DNA of 64,000 nucleotides from Scenedesmus sp. PABB004 (lineage: Eukaryota), in assembly GCA_014905635.1 (NCBI GenBank), contig JABVCE010000038.1:124001-188000 (forward strand). Reading direction: 5' to 3'. Below, one piece after another: positions 50,906 to 64,000 of this stretch. The stretch's first letter is position 1. Every line of letters begins with the position of its first letter. The translations under genes and the position numbers were made by a program. The notes beneath the pieces were generated by a model, which was not told where the DNA came from, ran no database searches, and saw nothing but the letters and a program-made list of their open reading frames with translations.

Positions 50906-53900
50906 ATGGAGCTGTCGGCGGTCGTGGAGCTGCAGGGCCGGCTGAAGGTGCGATCTGGCTGGCCCCAGCGACTGCCACGCCTGTCTGCTAGGCGTCGGGC
51001 ACCGCGCACCGGCGCTGTGGGCCGCCGAGGCGCGCCGACGGCACCGCCGGCGCCGACACCGCTGCTGCGGCTGCTGCCGCGACGCCGGCGCTGCAGGATG
51101 TGCTGCGCCGCCTGGCGGCCTCCGGCGGCAGCATGGAGGAGGACGGCCCGCCCGCGCTGAAGGCGCTGCTGCCCAACGCCTTTGGCGGCCAGGTGCGCAA
51201 CGGGCCGCAGCAGCGGGCGCCGCTGCGCGGCCGCCGGCGGGCGGCCCGCCGCGCCACACTCACCGACCGCCCGCGCCGGCAGCCCGGGCGCGGCCTGGAC
51301 GCGACGGCCAAGGGCGCGGTGCACTCGGCGTTCCGGCAGCTCGCGCTCGAGCTCGCGCTGGAGGCCCAGGCGGCCGGCGCGGCGCCGCTGCAGTACGTCC
51401 TGCCCGGCGGCGCCCAGCCGGCGCTGGCGCGCCTGCTCGACGCCGCGCTGCTGTGCGCGGAGCACGACGTCGTGGACGCGAGTGCGTGCGCCGCCGCGGG
51501 GGCCTCGGGGCGGGCGCGGCGCGGCGGCCGGCGGCGGCGGCAGTCGCAGCGGCGGCGGCGGCGGCGGCGCCGCGGGGCGCTCACCGGCCGTCCGCCCGGC
51601 GCGCTCCCCCGGCGGCGCGCGCACGCAGGCCACGTCGTGTCGGTGCTGGACGACGTGCAGGACGTGGTCAGCAGCGAGGCGTGCCTCGACATCCTCACCT
51701 GGCTCGAGGCGCACACGCACGTGCTCGGCAGCGCGCGCTTCACCTCACACCCGCCAGCGATGCAGCAGGTGCCCGCGCCCCCGCGGGCTGCTGCTGCAGC
51801 GCCGCCCGCGCACTGCGTGCCGCGCGCCGCGCGCCGCCGCTAGCTCACGGCAACCACTGCCGCGCCCGCAGCTCACGCGGCTGTGCAACGGCATCCTGCG
51901 GCGCCTGGGCAAGCACGAGGTGCAGACCAAGGCGCGGCTGCTGCTGCTCACGGCGAGCGTGACGCCCCTGTTTGACCGCAGCGGCGTCGGCGTCACGGTG
52001 CGGCGGCTCGGGGCGCGGCTGCAGCGCGGGCGCCACGCCGCGCGGCGCCGCAGCGCCACCCCTCACGCCCCGGCGCCGCTGGTGTGCACTGCGGCGCGGT
52101 GCGTTGCGCAGGGCGCGTTTGCGGTGCCAGACCCGCCCCAGCCGGAGGAGGTGCCGGAGGGCGCCGTCGACAGCGCGGGCAAGCCGGTGGCGGTGGCGCT
52201 GTACCAGACCTTCTGGGAGCTGCAGGTGTGGCCGACAGCCGGCACCGGCCGCGGCCGCGCTCTCTGTGCGCGCTGCCGCCCCTGCTGCTGCCCCGCGGCC
52301 TCGCCCGCGTGCGCCCGCCCTGCCCCCTCAACCCTGCCGCCGCCGACGGTGCCGGCAGGGCCTGCTGCAAGACCCGCTGAGCGTGCTGGCCAGCCTCGAC
52401 CGCTGGGCGACGTTCAAGCGCCAGCTGGGCACCGTGCTGGAGGAGCTCGCGCGCGCGCCCGCGACCGTGCCCGCCGCGCGAGTCGCGGCGCCCGCCACGG
52501 GCAGCGGCGGCGACGCCGCGGCCGCGGCCGGTGGCGGCGGCGCCGCCAACGGCGGCGGCGAGGCCGTCGGCGCGACGTCGGACGCCGGCGGCGGCGCCGG
52601 CACGGCGGCCTACCTGTCCAGCTACCGCTTGTTCGGGCTGCAGCTGACCGACTCGTCCTTCCGGCGAGACTTCCTCGTCCAGGTCAGCGCGGCGCCCCGC
52701 GGCGGCAGCTGCGCCGCGGGCCGCGGCGCGGCGCGCCCCGGCCTCGCTCGCCGCGCCGCCCGCGCCGGCGCGGGCGCGGGCGCCGCGCCGCCGACACGCC
52801 GCCCACTCACCGCCGCCCGCGCCGGCCGCGCCACGCGCGCCAGGTGCTGATCGCGCTGCGCACGCTGCTCATGCCGGGCAAGGTCCCCGCGGACAGCCTG
52901 AAGCCCAAGCAGCGCATCGAGGCGCTCGCGCTGGAGAAGGAGGTGCGGCCTGTGGCCTGTGTGCGCGTGGTCTGTGATCGCGGCCTGTGCGTGTGACCTG
53001 TGTCCATGGCCTGTGCGCGTGGCTGTGTGTGCGTGTGCGTGTGCGTGTGGGCGGGCTGGCTGCAGCAAGCCCAGCGAGCCCCGCCCCAGCAGCGCGCCGC
53101 GCCGCCGCGCCGCCGCGCCGCCGCGCCCGCAGGTGTACAAGGCGCTCGAGGCCACGCCGCCGGCGGGCGCCGCGTTTGCGCGCGCCGTGCGCGGCGTACT
53201 CGAGCGGGAGGCCACGTGGGTGGCGTGGAAGAAGGGCGGCCGCGACTTTGGTGCGTTTCACGGCCGTGCCGCGCGCGCGCGGTGGGCGCGCGGCGGCTGC
53301 GGCGCCGGCGGCGGCGACGGTGGGCGGCAGCAGCAGCCGCAGCCGTGCTCACGCCCCACCCGTCGCCGCCGCGCCCGTGCACGCCGCCCGTCCCGTCAGT
53401 CGTGCCGGGCAAGGACTTTGACGCGCCGGCCGCGGCGGCCAAGAAGCCCGCCCCCGCCGCGACCAACTGCCTCGACTGGAGCAAGCCGCCGGTGGCGAGC
53501 CTCGCCGACGCGCTGGCCAAGGCGGAGGCCGAGGCGGCGGCCAAGGCGGAGCAGAAGCAGAAGGACACCGCGGGTGGGGCGCCGCGCCGCGCCGCGCCTT
53601 TGCCGCCGCCGCCTTTGCCGCCGCCGCCGCCGCTGGGTCCTGCCTGCTCAATGCGCGCGTGCACGCGCCGCTGCCCACCGCGCAGAGGGCCTGGCGCTGA
53701 AGCTCGAGGTGGAGCGCTCCGGGCGGCAGTACGACAACATGGGCGAGCCGCCGGAGCGGCCCGACGTCAAGCGGCGGCGATACGTGCGCGCGCCGCGCGG
53801 CGGGCCCGCCCGCCGCCGCAGCCCGCTAGCGCGCCGACGCCCTCGCACGCCGACGCCCGCGCGCCCACCCCGCCCCGCAACGCGCGCGCGCGCAGCTGCG

Positions 53901-54807
53901 CCTGCTGGACAACGGCAGCGCGATCACGTTCTGGGCGGCCGCGCGCGTGTCGGACCGGGGGCTCGCCGAGGCGCCGCTGCTGGACGGCATGCGAGTGGAC
54001 CAGCAGCCCCAGTTCCCCACGCCCGAGGCGGTCTGCGCGCAGGTGCGTGCTCAGCACGCCCGCCGCCGCCGCCGCCCTGCTCGTCTGAAACTCAAATCAA
54101 ATCGACGGTTGCGACGTCACGTTTCATTTCACGCCCCGCCGCCACGGTGTCGTTCTCCGGCGCAGGTGCTGCGCGAGGCCGACCCCGACGCGGGCATCGA
54201 CCGCGAGTACGCGCGCGTGGCCGAGGACGCCCTATACCGCTGGCGCCTCGGCCGCGTGGTCGCCAACCTGTGAGCAGCGCGGCCTGCGCGGGGCGCGGCG
54301 GGCGGCAGGCGGTCGGCGGCCGGCGCCTGTGGCCTGGCGCGCGCGGGGCCACAGCCCCGGCCGGGGCGCGCCCTGACGCCCGCGCGCGCGCGCAGGTCGC
54401 CCGAGACGGACGGCCTGGAGAACCCCGAGCGCATCACCGAGGCGGTGGCAAAGCTGCTGCCGGGCTGCGTGTCGGAGGCGCTGCGCGAAAAGCTCAAGGC
54501 CGACGCGGCCGCGGCCAAGGCGGAGGCGGAGGCGGCCAAGGCCGAGGCGGGCGCGGCGCGCGCGGCAGCCGAGGCGGCCAGGGCCGAGCGCACGGCGGAG
54601 CGCGCGGCGGCCAAGGCCGCGTCGCGCGGGTCGGCGCGGGCGGGCGGCGGCGGCGGCGGCGACACGCCCGCCGCGTCGGACGTGGAGGACGGCGGCGGCG
54701 CCGGCGGCGGCGCGGGCGAGGCGGTCGGCGCGGCGCTGGAGGGCGAGGACGGCGGCGGCGCCGGCGGCGGCGCCGGCGCCGCGGGCATGGAGGTCGACGC
54801 CGCGTGA
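50906..54807 (+). CDS. THOC1: THO complex subunit 1 (HPR1/THOC1)
   Basis: LTRLCNGILRRL...PLFDRSG, LYQTFWELQ, YLSSYRLFGLQLTDSSFRRDFLVQ, VLEREATWVAWKK, DPDAGIDREY...YRWR, in THOC1 order. Confidence 0.85.
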
Positions 54808-56094
54808 GGCGGCGCACGTCGTGTCACCTGTGTGGCCGCGGGGGCCGAAGCGCGGCGACGCGCGGCCGCGCGCCCGAGCCCTGAACCGCTGCGTCGCGAC
54901 CGCCAGCAGCCCGCCTTAACTGGCGCACAGCCCACGGCCCGTGCCACCCGCCCCCGCCCGCAGCGCCAGCCGGGCAGCGCCAGATCGCAACAGCGCCGCC
55001 GCGCTCCCTGCCGCGCGTCGCGCGACGCCGCCGCCCGCCCGCTGCCCCCGCCGCCCGCCCCTGCGCGCAGGGCCATGTCCGCGACCATCGACGGGCGGCC
55101 CCGCCGGTGGCGGGCCGGCGCGCGCCTGCGCTGCGGTCGCCGCTGTTGCGGCCTCAGCACGCCGTTCCCTGATCGCCGCGCGCTGCGGCGCTGGGCCACC
55201 CGCTGTGGCAGAAGCCACGAAATCTTGATGGCTGGGGACGCCCTGCCGGATGGAGGACAGCAGCGGCGGCCGCTGGTGCCCGCCCGCCGCGGTGAGCAGC
55301 AGCAGCGGCGGCGCGCGCGCGGCACGAGCAGACCACGCAGCGCGCCAGTTTGGTCGGCGCGTGCGGCGCCGGGGCCGGGGCACCGCCACAACCCCGCTGA
55401 CGCCGCGCCGCGCTGCCCGCAGGCGCACGCCGCCGCCGACGACAGCCGCAAGGGTCGGCCGCCCCTCGACGTCCAACGCCGGCTGTTCAATGCCTTTTGC
55501 ACGGACGCGGCCCGCTGGCCGATGGAGGCGATTCAATCGCCGCCCTACCCAAGGGTTTTGCTGCCTCGCATTCAGCTTCAAGCGTCTGCCCAGGCACACC
55601 CGCTGCGCGCACAGCGCCCAGCGCATCGCCAGCCTTCGGGCTGCCGATATCGGCTCCAGCGGGAGATGGCCAGATCGACAACACCCGGCCTAGGCTTGGT
55701 GGCGGCTGGTTGATGCGGCTGCTGACGCCCCGGCGGCGCGGGGGCGACACCCGCCGGACGGTGAGCGCGCGCGGCGCGCGGTGGCACCGCCAGCGCCAGC
55801 ACCAGCGCCAGCGCCAGCGCCAGCTGCGGGGCGGGCGGCGGCGGCACACGCCCCGATTGCGCCGCAATGAGACCGCGACAGCAGCTGCTGGGCGTGCACC
55901 GGCCAGGTGAGCGCTGCAGGTGAGCGCGGGGGCAGCGCGCGCGCTGGCGCTCCTGCCAGCTGGCGGCGGGAGAAGGAGGAGCGGCGCGCGCGCGCGGTGC
56001 CCTGCAGCGGCGCGCGGGGGCGGCGGCTGCAGACGGTAACCAGCGACGCGGCCACGCCTGCTCCTGCGCCCGCGCCCGCGACTGCGCCGGCGGC

Positions 56095-57459
56095 TCACGG
56101 CCGCCCCACCGCGGCGGCGCGGTCCTCGTCCAAGCTCAGGCTGCTGAGGCTCGAGCCCACGCTCGCCGACGCGGCCGCCGCGCCGCCGCCCTGCCTGAAG
56201 CGGTCGAGGAAGTCGCACAGCCGCGCCTTGAACTCGCCCGTGCACGTGGGCACCATGTGCGCGCCTGCGGCGGCCAGCGGCGTGGCGTGGCGGCGCGGCG
56301 GTCGGCGGCGGTGGGCGGCGGGCGTGCGCGGCCAGCACCCGGCCGTGCGTGCGCGGCTGGCGCGCCGCGCGGCGCGCGGCGCGCACCCGGGTGCTCGTAC
56401 AGGTCGGCGCACGCCTGGTCAAAGGTGTCCATCAGCGCGTGGCTGCGCGCCGGCGGGATGAGGCGATCGGCCGTGCCCATCACAAAGAGTGTTGGCACGT
56501 CCGTCGCCGCGTCCTCCAGCAGCTGCGGCGGGTGCGGCGGCGGCGGATGCGGCGGCGGCGGCGGCGCGGGCAGCGCTCGGGCGCGGCGGCCGGGCGCGGG
56601 CGCCGCCGCGCTGCCCGCCGGCCGCGCTCGCCGGCCGCACCTTGGCGTAGTCGGGGTCTCGGGGCAGGAACCCGGCGACCTGCGGCGGGGGCGCGCGTGT
56701 CGGCGCGCGCCGCGGGCAGCGGCGGGGCCCGCGCGGCTCGGGCGGCTGCGGGTGCGGCGAGTGCGCCAGCCAGCCCGGCTGCCGGCCAGGCTGGCCAGGC
56801 CCCCGCCAGCTCGCTCGCTCACCGCGATGCAAAACTTGGGCAGCGGCACGTCCAGGTCGCGGCCGTCGCGCTGCGCGGTGCGCAGCGCGGCGAGGAAGAG
56901 CGCCGCCGCGGTCGCGCCCTGGCTGAAGCCCAGCAGGCCGTCGGGGCGCTGCTCCCGCAGCGCAGCGCACAGCGCGGCGTACGTCTCGTCCCAGCGGCTG
57001 CGGCGGCGGCGGCGGCGAGCGGCGGGTGGGGCCGCGCGGCCGATGCTGATGCACGGCGCGCCGGGCAGCAGCACCTGTACTTGACCGCCAGGCTCGGCCG
57101 CTTGTCGGGCCCCAGGTCGCTCCAGCAGAACCAGGACAGCCCGCCGCCCGCGGCGTCGCCGCCGAGCTCGGCGAGCTGCGACGGCGCGAGCGTCGACGCC
57201 GCCGCAAACGGCGCGTCGAGGAACACGAACTGCGCGCGGCTCTTCAGCGCCTTGCGCATCGACCCGGTGCGCAGGCGAAACACCTGCGCGGCGCGGCGGC
57301 GGCGGCCGCGTCGCTGGGCCAGCCGGCCCGCGGCGGCGGGCTGCTGCGAACCAGCCGCGGCCGCGCGGCGGTCTGCGAACGCACGCTGCTGTTCTGCAGG
57401 AACCCGTGGAGGCACGTCAGCCGCAGCTTGCCGTCGCCGGCGTCGTCTGCGCTGGACAT
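56095..57459 (-). CDS. FSH1/OVCA2-family serine hydrolase
   Basis: LCLHGFLQN-type motif (LTCLHGFLQN), FVFLDAPF, DGLLGFSQGA (nucleophile elbow), PTLFVMGTADRLIP, EHPGAHMVP. Confidence 0.92.
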
Positions 57460-58011
57460 GGAGCTGCTCGGCTCCGTGTTTGGCCCGCCGCCGGCCGCCG
57501 CCGGCCCGCCGCCCGCTGGCGCTGCTGCCGCTGCCCGCCGGCGCGGCGCCGCTGCGCGCGGCCCCGCGAGAGCCCTGGCGCGACGCAGGAGCGACCGAGA
57601 AGCCACGCGCGCGAGCATGCGGCGCGCTGGACACAGCGCGCGGCGCGAGCGGCGCCGGCGGCGCTGCTGCCGAGCGCGCGGCGGCGGCGGGCGCAGAGAG
57701 CAGCTCGCACGCCAGCGGTGATCAAGCGCTCTCTGCAGCAACTGCTGGACGCGCGGTCGTGGAGTGAGGCCGAAGCGCCGGCTGGCGCCCGACCTTGACA
57801 CCCTCGAAGCCCGCGCTGCGGCGCACCCCGAGATCGTCGCGCCTGGCCGGCAGCCGGAGGGGGTGAAGACTCAGCAGCGCTCACGCTCAGCATCGCGACG
57901 CGACTCACAGACGCGCGCGCCGGCCACGCGGGGGCTCGGCGAGCAGCAGCCGCGCGCGCTTCGTTGAAATAAGGCGCCTCGCCGAGCGGCAGCCTTGCCT
58001 TGAGCTCCACC

Positions 58012-60567
58012 ATGGCGTGCAGGATGCTCTGCGCGCTGGCGCTGGCCTGCGTCGCGCTGGCGGGCGCGGCTGACGGCCTGAGCCTAGGCGCAGACTGCGC
58101 GCGCGCCAAGCCGACGCTCTTCCTCATGTCAGGCGCGTGGCGTGGGTCGGGGAAGCGCAATGGGAGCAGCGCCGCAGCCGCAACGCGCGCCTGGGCGAGC
58201 TCCCGGGCAGCGGCGCCGCAGCGGCCAGCCTCGCTGCTGCTCGCTGGTCGGGCCGCCGGGCGGGTCCCCAGCTCGCTTGTCGTGTCCACAGGGCTTGTCT
58301 GCAGCTCCTGATCAGCTGCCGCCCAGCTCAGAGCAGCCCGTGAGCCGCCGCCGCGCTCGCCTGCCCGCGCAGGCATCGGCGGCAGCCAGATGAGCGGCAG
58401 CAGCGACGGCAGCGGCGGCGTGTGCCCGCCGCTCAACTCCACGGTGGTGTGGTACGCCGACAAGTGGTGCGCAGCCGCTCGGAGGGGGCGCGCCGCGCGG
58501 CCGGCCGAGCCGGGCGAGCCACAGCTGCCGTGCCCGGCCGGCGCGCCTGGCGCAGCAGCTGCTGGGCTGCAGCGCAGCCCAGCGCGCGCGCACACTCCCG
58601 CCGCCGTGGCCGCAGGTTCCTGCAGCGCAACCTCACGTGCTGGGGCCACATGATGAGCATGCGGCACGACGATGCCACTGGCAGGCGCGCCGCGCGGCAG
58701 GCGCAGGCCCGCACCGCGCGCGCCGCCGCCCGGTCATCGCATTGCGCTCACGAACAATCCCCCGCAGGTGGCTCAACTCGTCGGGCACGCAGCTCTGGCC
58801 CGACGAGGGCCTGCCCGGCAAGCAGGCGCTGTACTACGCGCTGCTGGTGAAGCACCTCACCACGCAGCACGGCTACGTGATGGGCAAAGACTTCCACGTC
58901 ATCCCCTACGACTGGCGCGTCGGCATCCAGGGCCTCAAGCAGGCGCGCCGCCGCGCGCCGCGCGCCGCGCCGCACCGCGCAGCACCCGACGCGGGGCGCG
59001 GGGCGCGGCCGCCAGCGGGGCGCGACCGCCGCGTGTGCGCCCCGATGTGCCGGTCACACGGCGGGCCTGCTGGTCACACGGCGGGCCGGCCTGCCGCCGC
59101 GTGGCGCGCAGGGCGGCGGCATGGATCGCATCGCGCAGCGCGTCGCCGACGGCGTGGCGGGCAACTGCGGGGCCAAGGCGGTGCTCATCACGCACTCCTT
59201 TGGCGCCAACATCATGGCGCACATGCTGCACAAGCCCGAGCTCAAGGCCTGGCGGTGCGCGCCGCCGCGCCACGCTGTGCGGGCTGTGGTGCGCGGCGTG
59301 GGCGCGCAGCGCGGGGGCGCGCGCACGTGCCACCGAGCAAGCCCGCGCCGCGCGGCCGCAGCGAGGCCAACGTGCGCGGCTGGGTGCCCGTCGGCGGCCC
59401 GTTTGGCGGCACCGGCGCAACGACGTGGATGTCGGTGCTCTGCGGCGACTTTTTCAAGCTCTTCCCCATCCTTTCAAACCTGCTGCGCCCCGCGGTCGGC
59501 GCCAAGTTCCCAATCACGGTCATTGGCAAGTCGGTCTACACCTTTGCCTTTGGCCTGCCGAGCTGGACGTTCATGTTTCCCCGCGCCGCCACGCTCGGCG
59601 CCGACCACGTGCGCGCGCGGCGCCGGGCGCCGGGCGGCGGCGCGGCGCGAAGCTCCAGCGCGCGGCGCGCCGCTCCGCCGGGCGGCCGCCGACGGCCAGG
59701 CTGGTGGTCGTGCGCCGCAGGTGGTCGTGTCAACGCCGACCCGCAACTTCACGGTGGCGGAGCAGAAGGAGCTGCTGCTGACCACGGGCAACAAGGCCGG
59801 GGTGAGCCGCGCGGCGCCGGGGAGGACAAGGGAGACGGCGCGCCGCGTCGGGCGCGCTCACGCGCCGGCGCCGCCGCCGGTCTCAGGCGGAGCTGCTGGA
59901 GCAGAGCTGGGCGATGAACGACGCCGCGATGGCGGCCGGCCCCGTGCCGGGCGTGGAGACGTTCTGCCTGTACAGTGAGTCAAGTCCGGCTGGCTGAGCC
60001 CAACTCGCGGGGTCAGGCGCCGCCACCACCGCACCAGGCCCCCCACCAGGGCGGCGGCGCCAGCCCGCACGCGCGCGCGCGCGCAGCGTGTGGCGCCCAC
60101 CGCGCTGCGCCGCCGCCGCGCGCGCGCGCGCCCGCGCGCGCAGGCACGGCGGTGCCGACGCCCAAGACGCTGGTGTTCAACCAGAGCGTGCCCGAGCGCT
60201 TCGTGATGCACCGCCCCTACAAAATCGACACGACGCCCGGCGACGGCGTGGTCGACCTCGCGAGCCTGCGCCTGTGCAGCAAGTGCGCCTGCGCGACGGT
60301 CATGCGCGCGCGCCGCCGCCTGGCGCGCCATCTGCTGCCGCTCACGCACGCCTCCCTCGTCCCCGCGCACACACACACAAACACACAACGCTCAGGTTTG
60401 CGCCGCCTGAGAACATGGTCGAGGTGGACGGTCCCCTGGTCGACCACTCCACCATCCTCAGCCACCCGCTCGGCCTGGACGGCCTGTCGTCCATCCTGGG
60501 TCGCCTCGGCGCGCCGGCCCGGGGCCCGATCCTCTTCAACTTCCTGCCCGGCCGGCTCGGCAGGTGA
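58012..60567 (+). CDS. Secreted LCAT/group XV phospholipase A2-like acyltransferase/lipase
   Basis: Signal peptide; GIGGSQM, PYDWR, LITHSFGA (Ser), GGPFGG, GDGVVDLASL (Asp), VDHSTIL (His). Confidence 0.9.
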
Positions 60568-60611
60568 GCTCAGCTCGGCTCAGCTCAGCTCGGCTCAGCT
60601 CAGCTGAGCTG
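60566..60611. repeat. Pentamer microsatellite (GCTCA/GCTCG)n directly after the LCAT-like stop
   Basis: GAGCTCAGCTCGGCTCAGCTCAGCTCGGCTCAGCTCAGCTGAGCTG. Confidence 0.8.
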
Positions 60612-60980
60612 ACCGTTGACGAAGCTTGAGCTCGGCGCAGCTCGGCCCGGCGCTACGGATGGATTCGACGGCAGCGCTGCCAGATAGCAGGCGCAGCAAC
60701 ACTCGCGATCGCATGGACAGGACTTGGCCGGCAGGCAAGGGTGCGCGCAGCAGGTAGCCAGAGAGGGGGGAGCGGGCGGCTGGCGAGCGGCGGGCGAGCG
60801 GCGGCAGCTTGGAGGGGGCGGCCTGCTGGGGAGCGAGAGTGGCCAGGGCTGGGGCTGGGGCTGCCGCTGAGCAAGCGCGCGGGGGACGGGGCAAGAGCTC
60901 GGACGCCGCGAGGCGTTGACGCCCCCGGGGCTTTTGGAGTTGCGGCCTCGTGGGTCGCTGGTGTTCGAGGGTCGCTGGTG

Positions 60981-60985
60981 TTACA
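60981..60985 (-). promoter_or_regulatory. Candidate polyadenylation signal TGTAA for the prolidase gene
   Basis: TTACA on the plus strand ~180 nt downstream of the stop at 61163. Confidence 0.45.
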
Positions 60986-61162
60986 TGCCGCTGCGCTCCT
61001 GCCCGCTCTCCTGCCCGCGCCTGCTCCCGCTCGCCATGCGGCGCCGCACAGCCCCCAGCCCGCTCTGGCGGGCGCCCGCAGGCGCTGCTCTCCCTCGGAC
61101 TCACACACACACACTCTCTCTCTCCCTCTCCGCCACGCTGCCCCTCCTCCTCCGCGCTGCCG

Positions 61163-63599
61163 TCACCGCGCCGCGGCCATGAGCGCCTCGATCTCCTCGG
61201 CCCGCTTCGGCACGCCGGCGGCCAGCGTGATGTTGAACACCCCGCCGCCGCCGCCCTCGTCGGACGTGAGCAGCACGTTGTCCTCGATGCGCACGCCGCC
61301 GAGCGGCACGAGGCCCTCCAGCGCGGCGCGGTTGAGGCAGCGCGCCTGCGCGCGCGGTGCGGCGCGGCCGTGAGCTCGCCTGCCCCCCGCGAGCCCCAGC
61401 CAGCCCGCGCGAGCCCCGCGCCGCCGCTGCACCGCCGCCGTGCCGCCGCCGCGCGCCGCGCCTGCGCTGGGTCTGCAAACGCGCGCTCGAGCAGCAGCGG
61501 CATGAAGTAGACGCCCGGCTCCACGGTGAGCACGTGCCCCGCCTCGAGCCGGCCGGCGGGGACGGGGCCGTCGGGCGAGACGTCGTGCACGTCGAGCCCG
61601 AGGTGGTGCCCCAGGCCGTGCCTGCGCGCCGCGGCGGCGGCGGGGCGGCGCGGCGGGGCGGCGCGGCGGGGCGGCACGGCGGGGTGGTGCGGCGGGAGGC
61701 GGCGGCGCGGGCGCGGACCAGGCAGCGGCGCGGGCGACGGCCGGGCGGCGACGCAGGCGACGGCCGGGCGGCGGCGCGGGCGCAAGGCCCGGCGGCGGCG
61801 GGGGCGCTCACGGCATGAACACGCGGTCGATGCCCTGCTCCAGCAGCTCCTCGGTGCTGCCCCGCACCAGCCCGAGCGCGGCGAGGCCGTCGACCAGCTC
61901 GGCGCGCGCGGCCGCCTGCACGTCCGCCCACGGCACGCCGGGGCGCATGCGGCGCAGCGCGCCCTCCTGCAGCGCCAGCACCAGGTCATACACGTCGCGC
62001 TGCGGCGCCTTGAAGGTGCCGCTCGCGGGGAAGGTCCGGCTGATGTCGGCGGTGTAGCACCGAAACTCGGCGCCTGCGCGCGGCGTGCGGCGGGCGCGGC
62101 GCGTGACGGCGGGGCGCTGGCGAGCCGCCGCCGCCGCCGCTGTCGCGGCGGAGCGAGGTCGAGCGAGCAGGGGGTCCCGAACGTTCGGCCCCCGCCCCGC
62201 CGCACGCGCGCCGTCCAGGGCGCCCCGCCCCCCGCCCAAAAAAAACAAACCCTAAACCCCGAGCCGCACCCGCGTCGACGAGCACCAGGTCGCCCTCAGC
62301 GAGCGTCGCCGCGTTGCGCTCGTAGTGCAGCACAGCCGCGTTGCGCCCCGCGCCGACGATGCAGGGGTAGCCGAGCGCCGTGAGGCCGCGCAGCGCCGCG
62401 GCGTGCACAAACGCGGCCTGCGGCGGCGCGCGGCGCGGAGGGGTGGGCCCGCCGGCGGCGCTGCACCGCGCGGCCCCGCCGCGCCGCCGCCGCCGCCTGC
62501 CCCGCGCGCCGCGCCGCACCTCGAGCTGAAACTCGGTCACACCCGGCGCCGCGGCCGCCCACATCGCGGCGTGCCCCGCGCCGCTGCCCGCGCTCGCGGC
62601 GAGGAGGCAGCCGACCTCGGCGGCCGTCTTGGTCGCGCGCGCGCGCGCGAGCGCCGCGCCGAGGAACGCCGCGCTCGGCACGGCGCCCGCGGCCGCGGCG
62701 CCCTGCAGCCCCGCGAGCTGCTGCGCCTGCGACGCCTGGTGGCCGCGCGCGCCGGGCAGCGCGAGCGCGGCGGCCATCGCGTCGGGGTGGTCCTGCTCGC
62801 GCACGTGCAGCGTCTCCACGCCGCCATGGCGCGCCTTCACGTACGCCGGCAGGTCCTCGGCGTATATGCACTCGTCCGCCCCCGCCGCCTCGGCGAGCGC
62901 GTCCGCGCTCGGCAGCCCGCCCCACCACACCGCCGCCTCCGCGGGCACCTGCGGCGCGCACAACGCGCGGCGCGCGCGGGCGTTAGGCGTCGGCGCGCCG
63001 CCGAGCCGGGCACGCGCGCCGCGTGCCGGCCGCGCCGTCGCCGTGCCTTGGGCGCGACGAGGACGAAGCGCTGGCTCTCCGGATCGATGAGCGCGCCAAA
63101 GCCCGGCTCGCAGACGCCGGTCAAATAGGCAAAGTCTGAGGACGGCCGGAACTTGTGATAAACGTCAGCGCCATTCCTGTGCGCCAGGTCGCCTCCAGAG
63201 ACGTAGATGAGCCCGCCTGCGAGCGGCGGCGGCGGCGGAGGCATGAGCCGCGCGCAGCAGCGGCCGGCGCCGCGGCGCGCCGCGCCGCGCCGCGCCTGCG
63301 AGCGTCTCCTGGCACAGCTTTGCACGCAGCTCCCTGCACTGCTCCCGGTGGTCAATCACTGGGAAGCGCGGGTCGACGGCCTGCTGCGCAGCCGGCACCA
63401 CGGCCGGCGCTGCTGCTGCTGCCGCCGCCGCTGCAGCTCCGCGGCGCCTGCGCGCGCGGTGCCGAGCTCAGCAGCAGCGTCTTGCGGCAGCCGTCGCGCA
63501 GCTCGCCAGCAGCGCCGCGCACCTGGCTCGCGGGGCGGCGGCGAGCGGCGTGGCAGCAGCGCCGCTGCCGCCCACTCGATTCCCGCTCGCGCGCAGCAT
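61163..63599 (-). CDS. PEPD: Xaa-Pro dipeptidase (prolidase, peptidase M24B), probable organellar transit peptide
   Basis: [80 protein letters not shown]. The first exon 63599-63523 (MLRASGNRV...) joins in phase, but the start is less certain. Confidence 0.9.
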
Positions 63600-64000
63600 T
63601 GCCGCTCGCCCACTGGCTGGGTGCCCACGCACGTGCCGGCACTGTCGCTGTCACCGCGCCGGCGACGGGGCTCGTGGCGGCGCCGCGGTCAACCACGAGG
63701 GCTCTGGCGGGTGACGTTCGAGCGCCAGCAGCCGACGTCCGGGCCGCAGCACTCTCAGTGGCTATTGTTCCGCTAGCAGCAGCAGCTCGCACCGCTCAGC
63801 CGCAGGTCGCCCCACCCCAGAATCACCAGCCCGCGCCGCGCCGCGCTGCGCGCTGTGCTCCTCTTTGAGGGCGACGCCGCCCTGCCGCCAGGCGGACGCC
63901 GGCTCGTCCACTCCGCCGGCCGCCAGCTGGCTGTGGGCGCTGCGGCAGGTGCACGCACTCGCGCACCCAGCGCAGGGCGTGGAACTCCTGACTGTCTTGT

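Overview
This is intron-rich, extremely GC-rich eukaryotic nuclear DNA. The gene content, short GC-rich introns (GTGCG.../GCGCG... donors, ...GCAG acceptors) and plastid-targeted proteins point to a chlorophyte green alga; a Selenastraceae-like lineage is my inference. Most long ORFs in the track are GC artefacts or exon+intron read-throughs, so I rebuilt the genes by hand from splice sites and reading phase. About 20 genes are recognisable: a CBM1-like protein tail, GULLO-like FAD oxidase, GH47 mannosidase, EMB1703-like plastid protein, VPS22, a KIAA1841/SANBR-like BTB protein, RPS30, an orphan, SmD1, ClpR, a CaMK-type kinase, a GT69-like glycosyltransferase, a small secreted Pro/Cys protein, a canopy-like ER protein, DHFR-TS, THOC1, an FSH1 hydrolase, an LCAT-like lipase and a prolidase. 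The standout is a ~9.75 kb minus-strand gene (19894->10140). Its 31 phase-consistent exons give one ~1660-aa chain: signal peptide, RNase T2, one TM helix, a class II (CCA/poly(A) polymerase-like) nucleotidyltransferase domain, a linker, an ABCB-type membrane domain and a degenerate ABC ATPase. Also notable are an unusually high share of GC-AG introns and a ~600-bp inverted duplication of a bidirectional promoter region. I saw no rRNA, tRNA, CRISPR array or transposase.
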